The notes beneath the pieces are model-generated. The model worked only from the letters and a program-made list of their open reading frames with translations. It did no database searches and was not told where the DNA came from. Shown here piece after piece: positions 1 through 9,831 of a stretch of DNA of 64,000 nucleotides. Position 1 is the stretch's first letter, and every line of letters begins with the position of its first letter. The stretch is taken from the IMG/VR virus record IMGVR_UViG_3300026158_000083, positions 9,691 through 73,690 of that record; one strand, 5' to 3'. Both the position numbers and the translations under genes were made by a program. Source of the DNA: a virus. Taxonomy: Duplodnaviria > Caudoviricetes.

Positions 1-303
1 CCACTCGGCACGCCGGTCATCGCCGCGCACATCGGGGTCGTGCAAACTGGCAGCGATCCAAGCGGCTACGGCAACTACGTCAAGGTGATCGGTGCGCGCA
101 TGACAACGCTCTACGCACACCTGTCGCAAGTCACGGTGACGACGGGCCAGCGGGTACAGGCGGGCGAGCAGCTCGGGCTGGTGGGCAGTACGGGCAACTC
201 GACGGGGCCGCATTTGCACTTCGGGCTGCGGATCGCGGGCGTGCGCAATCAGGCGTATGGCAACTGGCTCGATCCGATGTTAGGACGCATAAACGAGGAG
301 TAA
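1..303 (+). CDS. M23 family metallopeptidase domain, 5' truncated (possible cell-wall hydrolase)
   Basis: Frame 1 is open from base 1: PLGTPVIAAHIGVV...GYGNYVKV...TLYAHLS...GSTGNSTGPHLHF, with the M23 HxH motif. Confidence 0.9.
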   Translation, partial: PLGTPVIAAHIGVVQTGSDPSGYGNYVKVIGARMTTLYAHLSQVTVTTGQRVQAGEQLGLVGSTGNSTGPHLHFGLRIAGVRNQAYGNWLDPMLGRINEE

Positions 304-306
304 CAC

Positions 307-630
307 ATGGCACTTACACCAGAACAACAGAACATTGTCGCAGAGTACACCCGGCAGCAGCGGGCCACCGTGGGCGAGTTCGCACGGCTGCTCAACCACA
401 TGGCCGCGCTCGATGCGATGTACGACGGGCAGGTGACGGCAGCCTGGGCTTCGCTGGCAGTGGGCGACGTGATAGCGGACGGTTCGGGCCTCGCGGGTGT
501 GTCCTCGCTGACGAAAGCCGAGATTGCGTCGATTGCGACGGCGATGCAAGCGATCCTGACGACCTACAATGGCGAGGCGCTGCGGCAACTCTACGTGCGC
601 ATGGCAGGCATTTCCAACACAGTGGGCTGA
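307..630 (+). CDS. Hypothetical late-region protein
   Basis: 107-aa ORF with GAGGAG SD upstream, tightly packed with neighbours. Confidence 0.7.
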   Translation: MALTPEQQNIVAEYTRQQRATVGEFARLLNHMAALDAMYDGQVTAAWASLAVGDVIADGSGLAGVSSLTKAEIASIATAMQAILTTYNGEALRQLYVRMAGISNTVG

Positions 631-633
631 TAA

Positions 634-1773
634 ATGGCAATCACTCACAATTACGTGGACTATGGCGCTGGCAACGACACCACGGGGGACGGCACAGTTG
701 GCACACCGTGGAAGACGCTGCAAAAAGCGTTTGACACGCTGACGCGCAACACCACCGACGGCAACCAGGTCAACCTGAAGGCTGGCACGGCGCACGTCAA
801 CGCGGCTGCGCTTGATCTGACGACGTTAATCGCAGGCGGAGCATTGTCTGGCGTCGCGCCGCTTATCATTCGCGGCTACACCTCGGCGGCTAACGATGGC
901 GGCATCGGGGAGATTGACTGTGGCGGGGCGACGATGTTCGCGGCAACGACGTATGACTATATCATAATGGCTGACCTGGAAATACATACGTTTGGCGACA
1001 ATAATGGCCTGGTGCTGGATCAATATGCCACCCTGTACCATTGCGAAATACACAAAGGGGTAAGTTCGCCATCTGGTAAATCTCTCGTCACGTTGGGTCT
1101 GTACTCTAAGGCATTGGCGTGTTATTTACACGACATTGGCGCGGCGGCTTCCAGGGGCTTGCGATTAAATAATAACGGGCTGGTTATGTCCTGCTACGTG
1201 GACATGGGGGCTGATTCTACGTCATACGGCATTGATTTATTTGGCACTTTTAGTTACGCAATTGGCAATGTCGTAAAGTGCAGCAATGTCAATCAGTACG
1301 CGCTGTTTTTGTCCGCCGCTGACACGGCAATCGGGAATATTGCGTATAGCTCCACGAGCAGCACGAAGTACGGCATCTTTTTAGACAGTGCTACCTCGCT
1401 TTGGAGCGTTGCATTGAATAATATCGTCGTCGGATGGAGCGGTGCAGGTGGCAGCAGTATAAAGTTTTCGGGTGATGCTCAACTGGTCGGGCACAACGCC
1501 TTCTACAACAACACGGCAAACTATACCGTTGTCGGTCAAACCTTCATCGACCTGACCGCTAACGACGTGGCGCTCGCGGCTGACCCGTTCACGGATGCGG
1601 CCAACGGCGACTTCTCGCTGACCGCGGCGGCCAAGACGGCGCTCGCGGCGAAGGGCTTTCCGCTGGCATACCTCGGCGCGCACGCGAACACGGTGCCGAA
1701 TCTCAACATCGGGCCGATCCAGTTGGCGGCAGGTCGGCCTGCGTTCGGGGATCGCTCAGGGGGTAAGTTCTGA
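634..1773 (+). CDS. Parallel beta-helix (pectin-lyase-like) protein with DUF1565-type N-terminus; candidate virion spike or decoration protein
   Basis: YVDYGAGNDTTGDGTVGTPWKTLQKA start, Asn-ladder repeats (IGNVV, IGNIA, ALNNIV, GHNAFYNN), ends in DPFTDAANGDFSL...NIGPIQ. No signal peptide. Confidence 0.7.
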   Translation: MAITHNYVDYGAGNDTTGDGTVGTPWKTLQKAFDTLTRNTTDGNQVNLKAGTAHVNAAALDLTTLIAGGALSGVAPLIIRGYTSAANDGGIGEIDCGGATMFAATTYDYIIMADLEIHTFGDNNGLVLDQYATLYHCEIHKGVSSPSGKSLVTLGLYSKALACYLHDIGAAASRGLRLNNNGLVMSCYVDMGADSTSYGIDLFGTFSYAIGNVVKCSNVNQYALFLSAADTAIGNIAYSSTSSTKYGIFLDSATSLWSVALNNIVVGWSGAGGSSIKFSGDAQLVGHNAFYNNTANYTVVGQTFIDLTANDVALAADPFTDAANGDFSLTAAAKTALAAKGFPLAYLGAHANTVPNLNIGPIQLAAGRPAFGDRSGGKF

Positions 1774-3563
1774 TGCAAGTTGCAAACGGTTCGACAGACG
1801 TAAGCACTTACTTTGTCCTGCGCGACTCCACGACGCACGCGCCTAAAACGGACGTGACCGTAACCGACATCGACCTGTATTACGTCGAACAGGGCGCGGC
1901 GATCTCGGCAAAAGCCGACGCCACTGCGCTGGCTGCGGCTGACTCGGCACATGGCGACAATCAGGCGTTTCATGTCGGGCAAGGCTTGTACCGCATTGAT
2001 TGGCCCGATAACTGCTTCAATGGCGGTGTAGGTAAGCTATGCGAGTTGATCGTCGTGTGTACTGGCGTTGATACCACGTTCCTCGAAGTCGAATTGACAG
2101 GTGTTGCACAGACCGGCGACAGCTATGCCATCGTCAACCATGCCGACTACGGCAACGCCAAGCTGGTGCGCTCAACCACTCCGGCGAACACTTTGACCGT
2201 AGATGCCTCGCACCAGGCGCTGGCACTGACGAACGCCGTCACGAACGATGCGATCACGGCGGCGGCGATTGCGAACGGCGCGATTGATGCGGCGACGTTT
2301 GCGGCAGGCGCGATTGATGCGGCGGCGATTGCAGACAACGCGATTGACAACGGCGCATTGGCCGCGGATGCGATCAGCGCGGCGAAGATCGCGGCTGACG
2401 TGACGACCGAACTGCAAGCGGGTCTTGCGACGGCAACCGCGGCCTTGATCCTGGCTACGCCTGCTAACAAGTTGGTTACAGATGCGAGTGGCTACGTCAA
2501 GGTTTCGGGCGTCAAGAATACATTAGACTCCCTGAATGACATTGCTGCTGGCGAAGCCATGACGCTGACTGCCGCCTACGACGCAGCTAAGACCGCCGCG
2601 ACACAGACCAGCGTAAACGCGATTGATGATTACGTAGATGCCGAGGTTGCGGCAATCAAGACAGTCACAGACAAGCTGGATACGGCACTGGAATTGGATG
2701 GCGCAGTATATCGTTACACTACAAATGCACTGGAACAAGCGCCAACTGGTGGTTCTGCGCCTTCAGTTGATGATATTGCAACCAGACTGCTTGTTACACC
2801 TGCTAATAAGCTTGCCACCGATGCTACTGGCAATGTCAGTCTTACGTCTGCCTATGATGCAGCTAAGACCGCAGCCACGCAAACAAGCGTCAACGATTTG
2901 CCGACTAACAGCGAACTGGCAACGGCGCTGGCCGGGGCCGATGATGCTGTGCTAGCTGCCATCACTGGTCTGAACGACTTTGATCCGGCGGCAGACGTGG
3001 TTGCACACGTCACGCTCGTTGACACGACGACGACGAACACGGACATGATCGCGGCTGCGCCAAGTGCGACGGACATCAAGACCGCATTGGAAGCCGATGG
3101 ATCGAAGCTAGATCACCTGTGGGAGATGACAGAGGACGATGGAGGGGTGCGGAGGTTGACGGCTAACGCGCTTGAAGAAGGATCATCTGGTACTGGTTTG
3201 GACGCTGCTGGTGTTAGAACGGCAATTGGGCTTGCTACGGCAAATCTCGATACGCAGCTTGCCAATATACCGGCAGATGTTGATACAGAGCTTTCTGCAA
3301 CACACGGTGCTGGTGCGTGGGGCGCAAGTATGGGCGCTAGTTCAGTTACGTATACTGTAACCGTAGACGGATTGCCAAAGGACGGCGTGTATTGTAGAAT
3401 GACTAGCGATGCAGATGGTCTTGTCAATATAGATGCCGGATACAGCAATGCATTGGGTCAGGTGACATTCTATCATGACGTACCTAGCGGTACTACGGTA
3501 TATATTTGGCGACAACTGGCAGGTATTAGCTTCACGAACCCGGATACTGAGGTGATTCCGTGA
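1773..3563 (+). CDS. Ala/Thr/Asp-rich repeat protein, probable virion fibre or decoration protein
   Basis: AIDAA pentapeptide run. Internal duplications: TPANKLxTDAxG x2, AYDAAKTAATQTSVN x2, xDGxVxRxTxNALE x2. Lies directly upstream of the connector gene. Confidence 0.55.
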   Translation: MQVANGSTDVSTYFVLRDSTTHAPKTDVTVTDIDLYYVEQGAAISAKADATALAAADSAHGDNQAFHVGQGLYRIDWPDNCFNGGVGKLCELIVVCTGVDTTFLEVELTGVAQTGDSYAIVNHADYGNAKLVRSTTPANTLTVDASHQALALTNAVTNDAITAAAIANGAIDAATFAAGAIDAAAIADNAIDNGALAADAISAAKIAADVTTELQAGLATATAALILATPANKLVTDASGYVKVSGVKNTLDSLNDIAAGEAMTLTAAYDAAKTAATQTSVNAIDDYVDAEVAAIKTVTDKLDTALELDGAVYRYTTNALEQAPTGGSAPSVDDIATRLLVTPANKLATDATGNVSLTSAYDAAKTAATQTSVNDLPTNSELATALAGADDAVLAAITGLNDFDPAADVVAHVTLVDTTTTNTDMIAAAPSATDIKTALEADGSKLDHLWEMTEDDGGVRRLTANALEEGSSGTGLDAAGVRTAIGLATANLDTQLANIPADVDTELSATHGAGAWGASMGASSVTYTVTVDGLPKDGVYCRMTSDADGLVNIDAGYSNALGQVTFYHDVPSGTTVYIWRQLAGISFTNPDTEVIP

Positions 3564-4447
3564 GCGATTGGGTCGGCAGCGGTTCAGTAATTTCAACGCC
3601 TGAATCAAGATCATGTCTTGAATACCTAACCGTTGCCGACGTACGCGCTGAGTTTGGTGACGAAGTAGCCGAAGATACCGATATCAGCATTCAGCGCCGC
3701 ATCGATCAAATGTCTGCGTTTCTGGAAGATCAGATCGGGCACACTTTTGGACGAGCCATGATTGCGCGCTCTAGCGACGCCGATACTGTGTTGGTTACAG
3801 CTACTGAATTAGAGATCGGCGGTGCGCACTATACATTCGCCGATTATCCGACTCTGTCAGAACTGGCTTCTGCCGTAAACGCTACTACGGGCAATTACAG
3901 CGTAGAACTGTTGCCGCGCGTTCGGCCAGACACACCATCTACGCTACTCGCGCTGCATAGCGTTTCGGCCTGCGGACCGGATTACGATGATCGTACGGTT
4001 TTGTGTACGTCGTCAATGTACACGCGACTTACCGGACAGTACCAGTCACACATATTCTTGCCACTGGCGCTAAATTCAGTTTCTGCCGTCGTCGAAGATT
4101 TGGTCGCGCTGGCAACAACCGACTATTGGGCTATTCCTGGTGATGCGTGGCTGATTCGCAAGGCTTGCGGTTGTAATACGACTTGCGTGCACGCGCGCGG
4201 TCGTTGGTCAGCCGCTTATCCTGGCAATATCGCAGTTAGTTTTGTACCGTCATTTTGGGGTCGTGTGCCGGGTTCATTAAGTGGACTATTGCTAGAAGCT
4301 TTTAGCGCACGAACAGGTCTGGCACCATTCAACTCTGAAACGTTCGGTGACTACAGTTACAAGCGGCCAGCGGCACCCGTAGCTGGCTGGAACGACATTT
4401 TGGGCAGTGGCGCATTGCGACAATACGCAACGCGTTTTCAACCGTAG
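3560..4447 (+). CDS. Head-tail connector (SPP1 gp15/HK97 gp6-like)
   Basis: N-terminal YLTVADVR...IDQMSAFLEDQIGHTF and C-terminal SETFGDYSY, both typical of connector proteins; position fits. Confidence 0.65.
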   Translation: MSDWVGSGSVISTPESRSCLEYLTVADVRAEFGDEVAEDTDISIQRRIDQMSAFLEDQIGHTFGRAMIARSSDADTVLVTATELEIGGAHYTFADYPTLSELASAVNATTGNYSVELLPRVRPDTPSTLLALHSVSACGPDYDDRTVLCTSSMYTRLTGQYQSHIFLPLALNSVSAVVEDLVALATTDYWAIPGDAWLIRKACGCNTTCVHARGRWSAAYPGNIAVSFVPSFWGRVPGSLSGLLLEAFSARTGLAPFNSETFGDYSYKRPAAPVAGWNDILGSGALRQYATRFQP

Positions 4448-4463
4448 GTTAGTTTGAGGTGCT

Positions 4464-7139
4464 ATGACTGCTAAAGACGGCACGCCGCAAGCGGTGTGCT
4501 TCTATCCTCGCTTTGCTTCGCACGAATTAGGTGGCGTAGCTGTACATATCCGCTATCTGGCGCGCCATCTACAAAAACTTGGTTTTACAATTGTTGATAC
4601 ACCAGACGAAAACACGCTTATTCACGCGCACGCACAAGCGCGACCTGAAAACATAACGGTTTACTCAAATCATGGGATTTACCCGATAAAAGACAAAATG
4701 CCAGCGTGGCAGATTGGCACCAATGCCGCGATCTTCGACAATCTAAAACTAGCTACTGAAATTATTGCTGTCAGTAACTGGACGGCTAATCAATGGCAGC
4801 ATTTGGTCGGACGTCAACCGCATATCATTCACAATTCAATTGACATGGATGAGTGGCATAGTGCGCCTGCCGGTCAGTGGCGCGCACGACTAAAAGTGCC
4901 GAACAAAACGCCGCTAATTTTGTGGGGTAAGACTTCGCTTAGCGATGTGCTTGATCCAACACCGCTTATTGAATTGGCGCTTCATCATCCTAATATGCGC
5001 TTTGTCGCGCCATTGACGCCGCGCATGTTAACGACAAGTCTAAAAAACCTTTCACTAATTGGTCAACAGCCGTTTGAAGATATGCGCGCCTTGCTACAAG
5101 ATTGCGATGTCTACTTGGCTACTGTGCAGGAAAATCATAGTATTCAAGTTCTGGAAGCTATGGCGCTGAAAAAGCCAATTTTAGGTTATAATTGGGGCGG
5201 TACTGGTGAAACGTTAAATATTTCAGGCCAAACGCGCGGTGGCATTTTGACAGAGCCGCGCGATCTTATCAAATTGATCGCGTTATTGCCTGAAGTTTAC
5301 GAACAGCGCGTCAAACTCGGTCAAGACGGTCACGAACTTGTTGCTGAATATTTTTCAGCAGCCAAGCAGATGCCTAAACTAGTAGAGGTGTACAAGATGG
5401 CGCTAGAAAAGAAACCAAGACAGTCTCGCGCATCACCTATAGTGCGTTGTTCAATCGTTATTCCGGTTTATAATAAGGGTCCCTACATTGGCGAAACGGT
5501 CAACAGCGCATTGCGTCAGATCAACGCGCCCAAGCACGAAGTCATTGTCGTCGATGACGGTTCCACGGATGATTCGCTACTAAATGCAAGACGTGCGGCT
5601 GAAGGTCGCACCAATATTCGCTTTTACTCACTGCCTAATGGCGGTGTTTCAGCGGCGCGCAATTTCGGCATAAGTCACGCGAAGGGCGAATATATTTGCT
5701 GTCTTGACGCCGATGACTTGATCGATCCTAATTTTCTAAGTCGTCTTTCAGCAGCACTGGATGCCGATCCTGGTCTTGGTATCGCCTATAGCGATTTTGT
5801 AGCTTTTGGCACAAATCAAAGAGGCATGCCATTTGAAGCGCCAATAACCTGTGAAGAATACGATTTTGAAAAACTCAAGCGCGGCAATCTCATGCCGTGC
5901 TGTAATCTGTTTAGGCGCACGGCTTGGGAACGCGCAGGCGGCTATAAGCCAATCAATCCGTCGTGGGAAGATTACGAACTCTGGCTGAACATGGGCAAGC
6001 TTGGCTGGTATGGCCGACGTGTGCCGGGTCATTTGTTCAAGTATCGCAAAGTGCCGAAGACTGGACGCGATTATCAGTCGCAGGGGCTGGAATGGAAACT
6101 GCGCGCGACGGTCAATAGCTATCATCGCGATCTTTATCCGCCGCTAGTAAGCATTATCATACCATGCTACAAACACAGTCATTTTTTGCGCACCGCCATT
6201 GATAGCGTTCTGGCGCAGACTTTCAACGATTACGAAGTGCTGGTTGTAGATGACGGTAATGATGCTGATGAGCTAAACTCAATTCGCGAAATTGTTGAAA
6301 GTTACGCCAATCCAAACGTACGCGTGGTGCGTCACACACAGAATATGGGTCTTGCCGCCGCGCGTAACACTGGCGTAGAGATGGCGCGCGGTCAGTGGAT
6401 CGTACCGCTAGATGCTGACGACAAGCTTGCGCATGAGTTTCTGGAAGAAGTGTTGCGCGCATCTGAGCAGTTGAATCCCAATCGCTTTGTCTATGCAGAC
6501 ACCTATTTGTGGTGGCCGGATGCCGATCCGGAAACTAAGCTGTTAGCCGCCAACGATTACAATTTTGACGAAAGTCTTAGCAAGATAACGTGGTCATGCA
6601 CGATTTTGTTTCATCGTGATGCATGGCAACGCGTTGGTGGCTACAAACCGCAGATGTCGGAACTTGGCGGTTGGGAAGATTGGGAATTCGCGATTTCGTT
6701 GGGCGAAAACGGTATTTGCGGCGTGCATGTTGCTAAGCCGTTATTCTATTATCGCCAACATTCTAATACGCAGATGCGCATGCAGGCCGAAAGCAATAAG
6801 CCAGTCTTGCAAGAGGCGATTCGTCGCTTGCATAGCGAAGTTTATCGCGGGGAGAGAACTCAAATGTGTTGTGGAGCAGGTAAACGCACGCGTCCTGTAG
6901 CGACCGTAGATCAGACCGTACCCGTTGCGCGTACTATGCCGCAAATCGCAGCCGCAACTTCAAACACGAATGATCGTGTTTTGATTCGCTATGTCGGCAC
7001 GCATCTAGGTTCGCAGACCTGGGTCGCGCCAAGCGGCGAACGCTATCGTTTCGGCTTGAATGATCCGCTGCAAAGGGTGCGCTATGAAGATGTTGACTTC
7101 TTTATCAGCCGCGGGCCATTTAGACAGGTAACAGCATGA
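4464..7139 (+). CDS. Multidomain glycosyltransferase: GT4 (GT-B) + GT2 + GT2 + C-terminal MCCG domain
   Basis: GT4: IIAVSNWTA...IIHNSID...VLEAMALKKPI. GT2 #1: SIVIPVYN...VVDDGSTD...SAARNFGI...LDADD. GT2 #2: SIIIPCYK...VVDDG...LAAARNTGV...LDADD. Confidence 0.92.
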   Translation: MTAKDGTPQAVCFYPRFASHELGGVAVHIRYLARHLQKLGFTIVDTPDENTLIHAHAQARPENITVYSNHGIYPIKDKMPAWQIGTNAAIFDNLKLATEIIAVSNWTANQWQHLVGRQPHIIHNSIDMDEWHSAPAGQWRARLKVPNKTPLILWGKTSLSDVLDPTPLIELALHHPNMRFVAPLTPRMLTTSLKNLSLIGQQPFEDMRALLQDCDVYLATVQENHSIQVLEAMALKKPILGYNWGGTGETLNISGQTRGGILTEPRDLIKLIALLPEVYEQRVKLGQDGHELVAEYFSAAKQMPKLVEVYKMALEKKPRQSRASPIVRCSIVIPVYNKGPYIGETVNSALRQINAPKHEVIVVDDGSTDDSLLNARRAAEGRTNIRFYSLPNGGVSAARNFGISHAKGEYICCLDADDLIDPNFLSRLSAALDADPGLGIAYSDFVAFGTNQRGMPFEAPITCEEYDFEKLKRGNLMPCCNLFRRTAWERAGGYKPINPSWEDYELWLNMGKLGWYGRRVPGHLFKYRKVPKTGRDYQSQGLEWKLRATVNSYHRDLYPPLVSIIIPCYKHSHFLRTAIDSVLAQTFNDYEVLVVDDGNDADELNSIREIVESYANPNVRVVRHTQNMGLAAARNTGVEMARGQWIVPLDADDKLAHEFLEEVLRASEQLNPNRFVYADTYLWWPDADPETKLLAANDYNFDESLSKITWSCTILFHRDAWQRVGGYKPQMSELGGWEDWEFAISLGENGICGVHVAKPLFYYRQHSNTQMRMQAESNKPVLQEAIRRLHSEVYRGERTQMCCGAGKRTRPVATVDQTVPVARTMPQIAAATSNTNDRVLIRYVGTHLGSQTWVAPSGERYRFGLNDPLQRVRYEDVDFFISRGPFRQVTA

Positions 7140-7813
7140 AGACGTGGTTTATACCAACTGTCATGGTGCGCAATGAAGAACATCATATTGCGCAAGTGTT
7201 GCGACCGCTTGTTGCAGTTTGTGGTCACGTCATGCTCGGCGATACAGGTTCGACTGACAATACCGTAGCGATTGCCAAGCAAATCGACGGCGTAGAAATT
7301 ATCGAATACGGCCAGCAATCGCAAATCGGTCTTACTGAAACGCGGCATAATTTGGGTCTACGCGTCAAAGAAAAAGGCTGCAAATGGCAGTTGCTGTGCG
7401 ATGGCGATGAACTGTACAATGTAACTACGTTGCAACACATCGCGAATGAAGGTATGCCGAATGACAAGTTGACCGGCTTCACGAAAATGAAGTCCATCGA
7501 TGCCGATACAGATGGCTCGCTTTGGGAAATGAACGACAAGTTTTCGCGTGCCGCGCTTCTGCCAGCCGATACAACCTGGCATGGCATCTATCCATTCGAT
7601 GTACCGGACTGTTATCGTTACGATGCTAAATACTATTATTTTTCACTAGCGCAGGGCTATGAATATCACGCCGTGCATTTGCATCGCTTGACACGCAGCC
7701 CGCAGGACGCCGATGTAGTTTTGCGCATGACAAAACAAAAGCAGTTTGCCATGCGCGACGTAATTGTGCCGCGCACGATTATCTTCGATCTGGATTGGTG
7801 GTGCCGACAATGA
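7136..7813 (+). CDS. GT2 family glycosyltransferase
   Basis: MVRNEEHHI...GDTGSTDNT...LCDGDE (DxD-type motif); ATGA overlap with the upstream gene. Confidence 0.75.
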   Translation: MKTWFIPTVMVRNEEHHIAQVLRPLVAVCGHVMLGDTGSTDNTVAIAKQIDGVEIIEYGQQSQIGLTETRHNLGLRVKEKGCKWQLLCDGDELYNVTTLQHIANEGMPNDKLTGFTKMKSIDADTDGSLWEMNDKFSRAALLPADTTWHGIYPFDVPDCYRYDAKYYYFSLAQGYEYHAVHLHRLTRSPQDADVVLRMTKQKQFAMRDVIVPRTIIFDLDWWCRQ

Positions 7814-8481
7814 GTTTGCCGAAAATCAGCGTCATCATTCCATCGCGTGATCGACCGCAGGGTTTACTGGCCGCAATTGAGTCAATTCGCGCCACGCAGG
7901 GCGCTTACGACGTTGAAATTATTGCGGTGTTAGATGAGCCTGACGAGCTTAGCCAAAAGACTTTGCTGGACGAACATTCTGACGTGAAGATCGTCATTGG
8001 TGGTCCAGGCGATTATTATCTTGGCAAACCACAGGACAAATACAATCTCGGCTACGCAGCTTCGACTGGCGAATGGATTGTTACCGGATCAGACGATATC
8101 ACGTTTGAGTCGCAAGATTGGATCGGTGAGTGTCTGCGCTGCAATCGCGGCGGCTTCGTCGGCATCAGCGATGGCGGTCAAGATGTAAACTGGTGCTGTG
8201 TTATCCATATGGCGTCGCGCGCGTATATTGACACAGTGATGCGCGGCTATCTCGGTCTGCCCTGGTATCATGTCTGGTGGGCCGACGTTGAGTGGACACA
8301 GCGTGCTAAAATGTGCGGCTTGCACGCCGCGTGCACGACGATCAAGTTGACGCACCATCACTGGCTGCGCGGTAATGCGACTAAAGATACAATCGCGGAA
8401 CTGGTACAACAATTAGCGCCGGAAGATCAGAAGACCTATACCAGGCGTGTCGCGCGGCGCTTTGCAGATGATTTGCCATGA
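7810..8481 (+). CDS. GT2 family glycosyltransferase
   Basis: KISVIIPSRDR...YNLGYAASTGEWIVTGSDD...ADVEW; ATG at 7810 overlaps the upstream TGA. Confidence 0.8.
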   Translation: MSLPKISVIIPSRDRPQGLLAAIESIRATQGAYDVEIIAVLDEPDELSQKTLLDEHSDVKIVIGGPGDYYLGKPQDKYNLGYAASTGEWIVTGSDDITFESQDWIGECLRCNRGGFVGISDGGQDVNWCCVIHMASRAYIDTVMRGYLGLPWYHVWWADVEWTQRAKMCGLHAACTTIKLTHHHWLRGNATKDTIAELVQQLAPEDQKTYTRRVARRFADDLP

Positions 8482-8489
8482 GGTGTGTA

Positions 8490-9488
8490 ATGGAAAATAC
8501 TTTTGATCGGCTAGAACGCGTTGAAAATCTACTGCGCGCTATGCTAGGTCGTTCTTCGCAGCGGCTCAGCGTCTTGATTACAGGCGGCACTGGTACGTTA
8601 GGGATCGCTCTAACCGAAGCGTTTATTAATAGAGGTTATACCGTAACTGTTGTTAGTCGCAATCCGCATCGTCAGAGTCAGTTCAAACAAAAATATCCTA
8701 ACGTCGAGCTATATTTGGCCGATATTTGCGATTACGAAACCATGCTGCGCGCGTGTACCGGCAAGGATATTGTTATTCACGCGGCGGCTCTGAAGCGTGT
8801 TGATATTGGCGAAAGCGAGATTGCTGAATTCGCGCGTGTCAACATCGACGGCACTAAGACTGTAGCAGATGCCTGTCGTGCCGCAGGTGTTGAACGCGCG
8901 TTGTTCATATCTTCGGACAAGGCCGTCAGCGCGCTGAACTTTTACGGTGTCACCAAGGCCGCTGGCGAACGTATCTGGCTAGACCATCATGAAGGCAACA
9001 GCAATCTTGGTGTGCGCTTCAGCGCAGTGCGTTACGGCAACGTAATGGGTTCCAACGGCAGTGTGCTGCAAATTTGGCGCGAACGTTTGGCTAAGCAGTT
9101 GCCCATTGTCGTGCGTTCACCAAGCACAACGCGTTTCTTTATGCGCGTTGAAGACGCCGTGCAAATGATTTTTGACGCGCTGCTCTACATGCAGGGTAAC
9201 GAGATTTTCGTGCCGCTAACTACACCAGCCTTCGCATTGCATGATGTAGCTTTGTGCGTTGCACCGCGCAGCGAGTGGTGCATAGAACCGCTAGGCCCGC
9301 GCGAGAAGCAGCACGAACTGCTTGTCGCACCCGGCGAATATTATGAGACTGTCAGCGACAGGCTGTGTAAGATCATTCCAGATGTACCTGGTGACTTTAC
9401 GCTACCTGATTGGGCTTGTTCAAGGACGACGCGTCAGCTTGACGGTAAGACGGTGATTGAGATGCTGGAGAAAAGCGATCATGCTTGA
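8490..9488 (+). CDS. UDP-GlcNAc 4,6-dehydratase, PseB/FlaA1-like (Polysacc_synt_2 SDR)
   Basis: VLITGGTGTLG, IHAAALKRV, SSDKA, YGVTK (YxxxK), RYGNVMGSNGSV. Soluble ~330-aa single domain. GAGGTG SD before ATG 8490. FnlA/CapE-type activity not excluded. Confidence 0.85.
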   Translation: MENTFDRLERVENLLRAMLGRSSQRLSVLITGGTGTLGIALTEAFINRGYTVTVVSRNPHRQSQFKQKYPNVELYLADICDYETMLRACTGKDIVIHAAALKRVDIGESEIAEFARVNIDGTKTVADACRAAGVERALFISSDKAVSALNFYGVTKAAGERIWLDHHEGNSNLGVRFSAVRYGNVMGSNGSVLQIWRERLAKQLPIVVRSPSTTRFFMRVEDAVQMIFDALLYMQGNEIFVPLTTPAFALHDVALCVAPRSEWCIEPLGPREKQHELLVAPGEYYETVSDRLCKIIPDVPGDFTLPDWACSRTTRQLDGKTVIEMLEKSDHA

Positions 9489-9831
9489 TATTTTGCTTAT
9501 CGGTTTAGCGGCATGGCGTTTGGCGCATATGCTGGTCAAAGAGGATGGCCCGTTTGAAATGTTCAGCAAGCTGCGTAAGTTAGTTGGTATCGAGCAGATT
9601 GTTGTGCGAGACGGCGATAAAGTTGACGTTGCGCTAACAGCCAAAAACACGCTGGCGGAAGGTTTGCTGTGCGTGTGGTGCGTATCAGTGTGGACGGCTA
9701 CGCTGTTGTATGTCGGTACGCTGATCCCGCCTTTGCACGCGCCGTTTATATGGTTTAGTAGCATTTTGGCGATTAGCGCGCTAGCTATCGTCGTGCAGGA
9801 GTTTGTTACAGCTTTGCGGGGAGAAGAATAA
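9481..9831 (+). CDS. DUF1360-like membrane protein
   Basis: LAAWRLAHMLVKEDGPF...LLCVWCVSVW with three hydrophobic segments. Confidence 0.7.
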   Translation: MLDILLIGLAAWRLAHMLVKEDGPFEMFSKLRKLVGIEQIVVRDGDKVDVALTAKNTLAEGLLCVWCVSVWTATLLYVGTLIPPLHAPFIWFSSILAISALAIVVQEFVTALRGEE

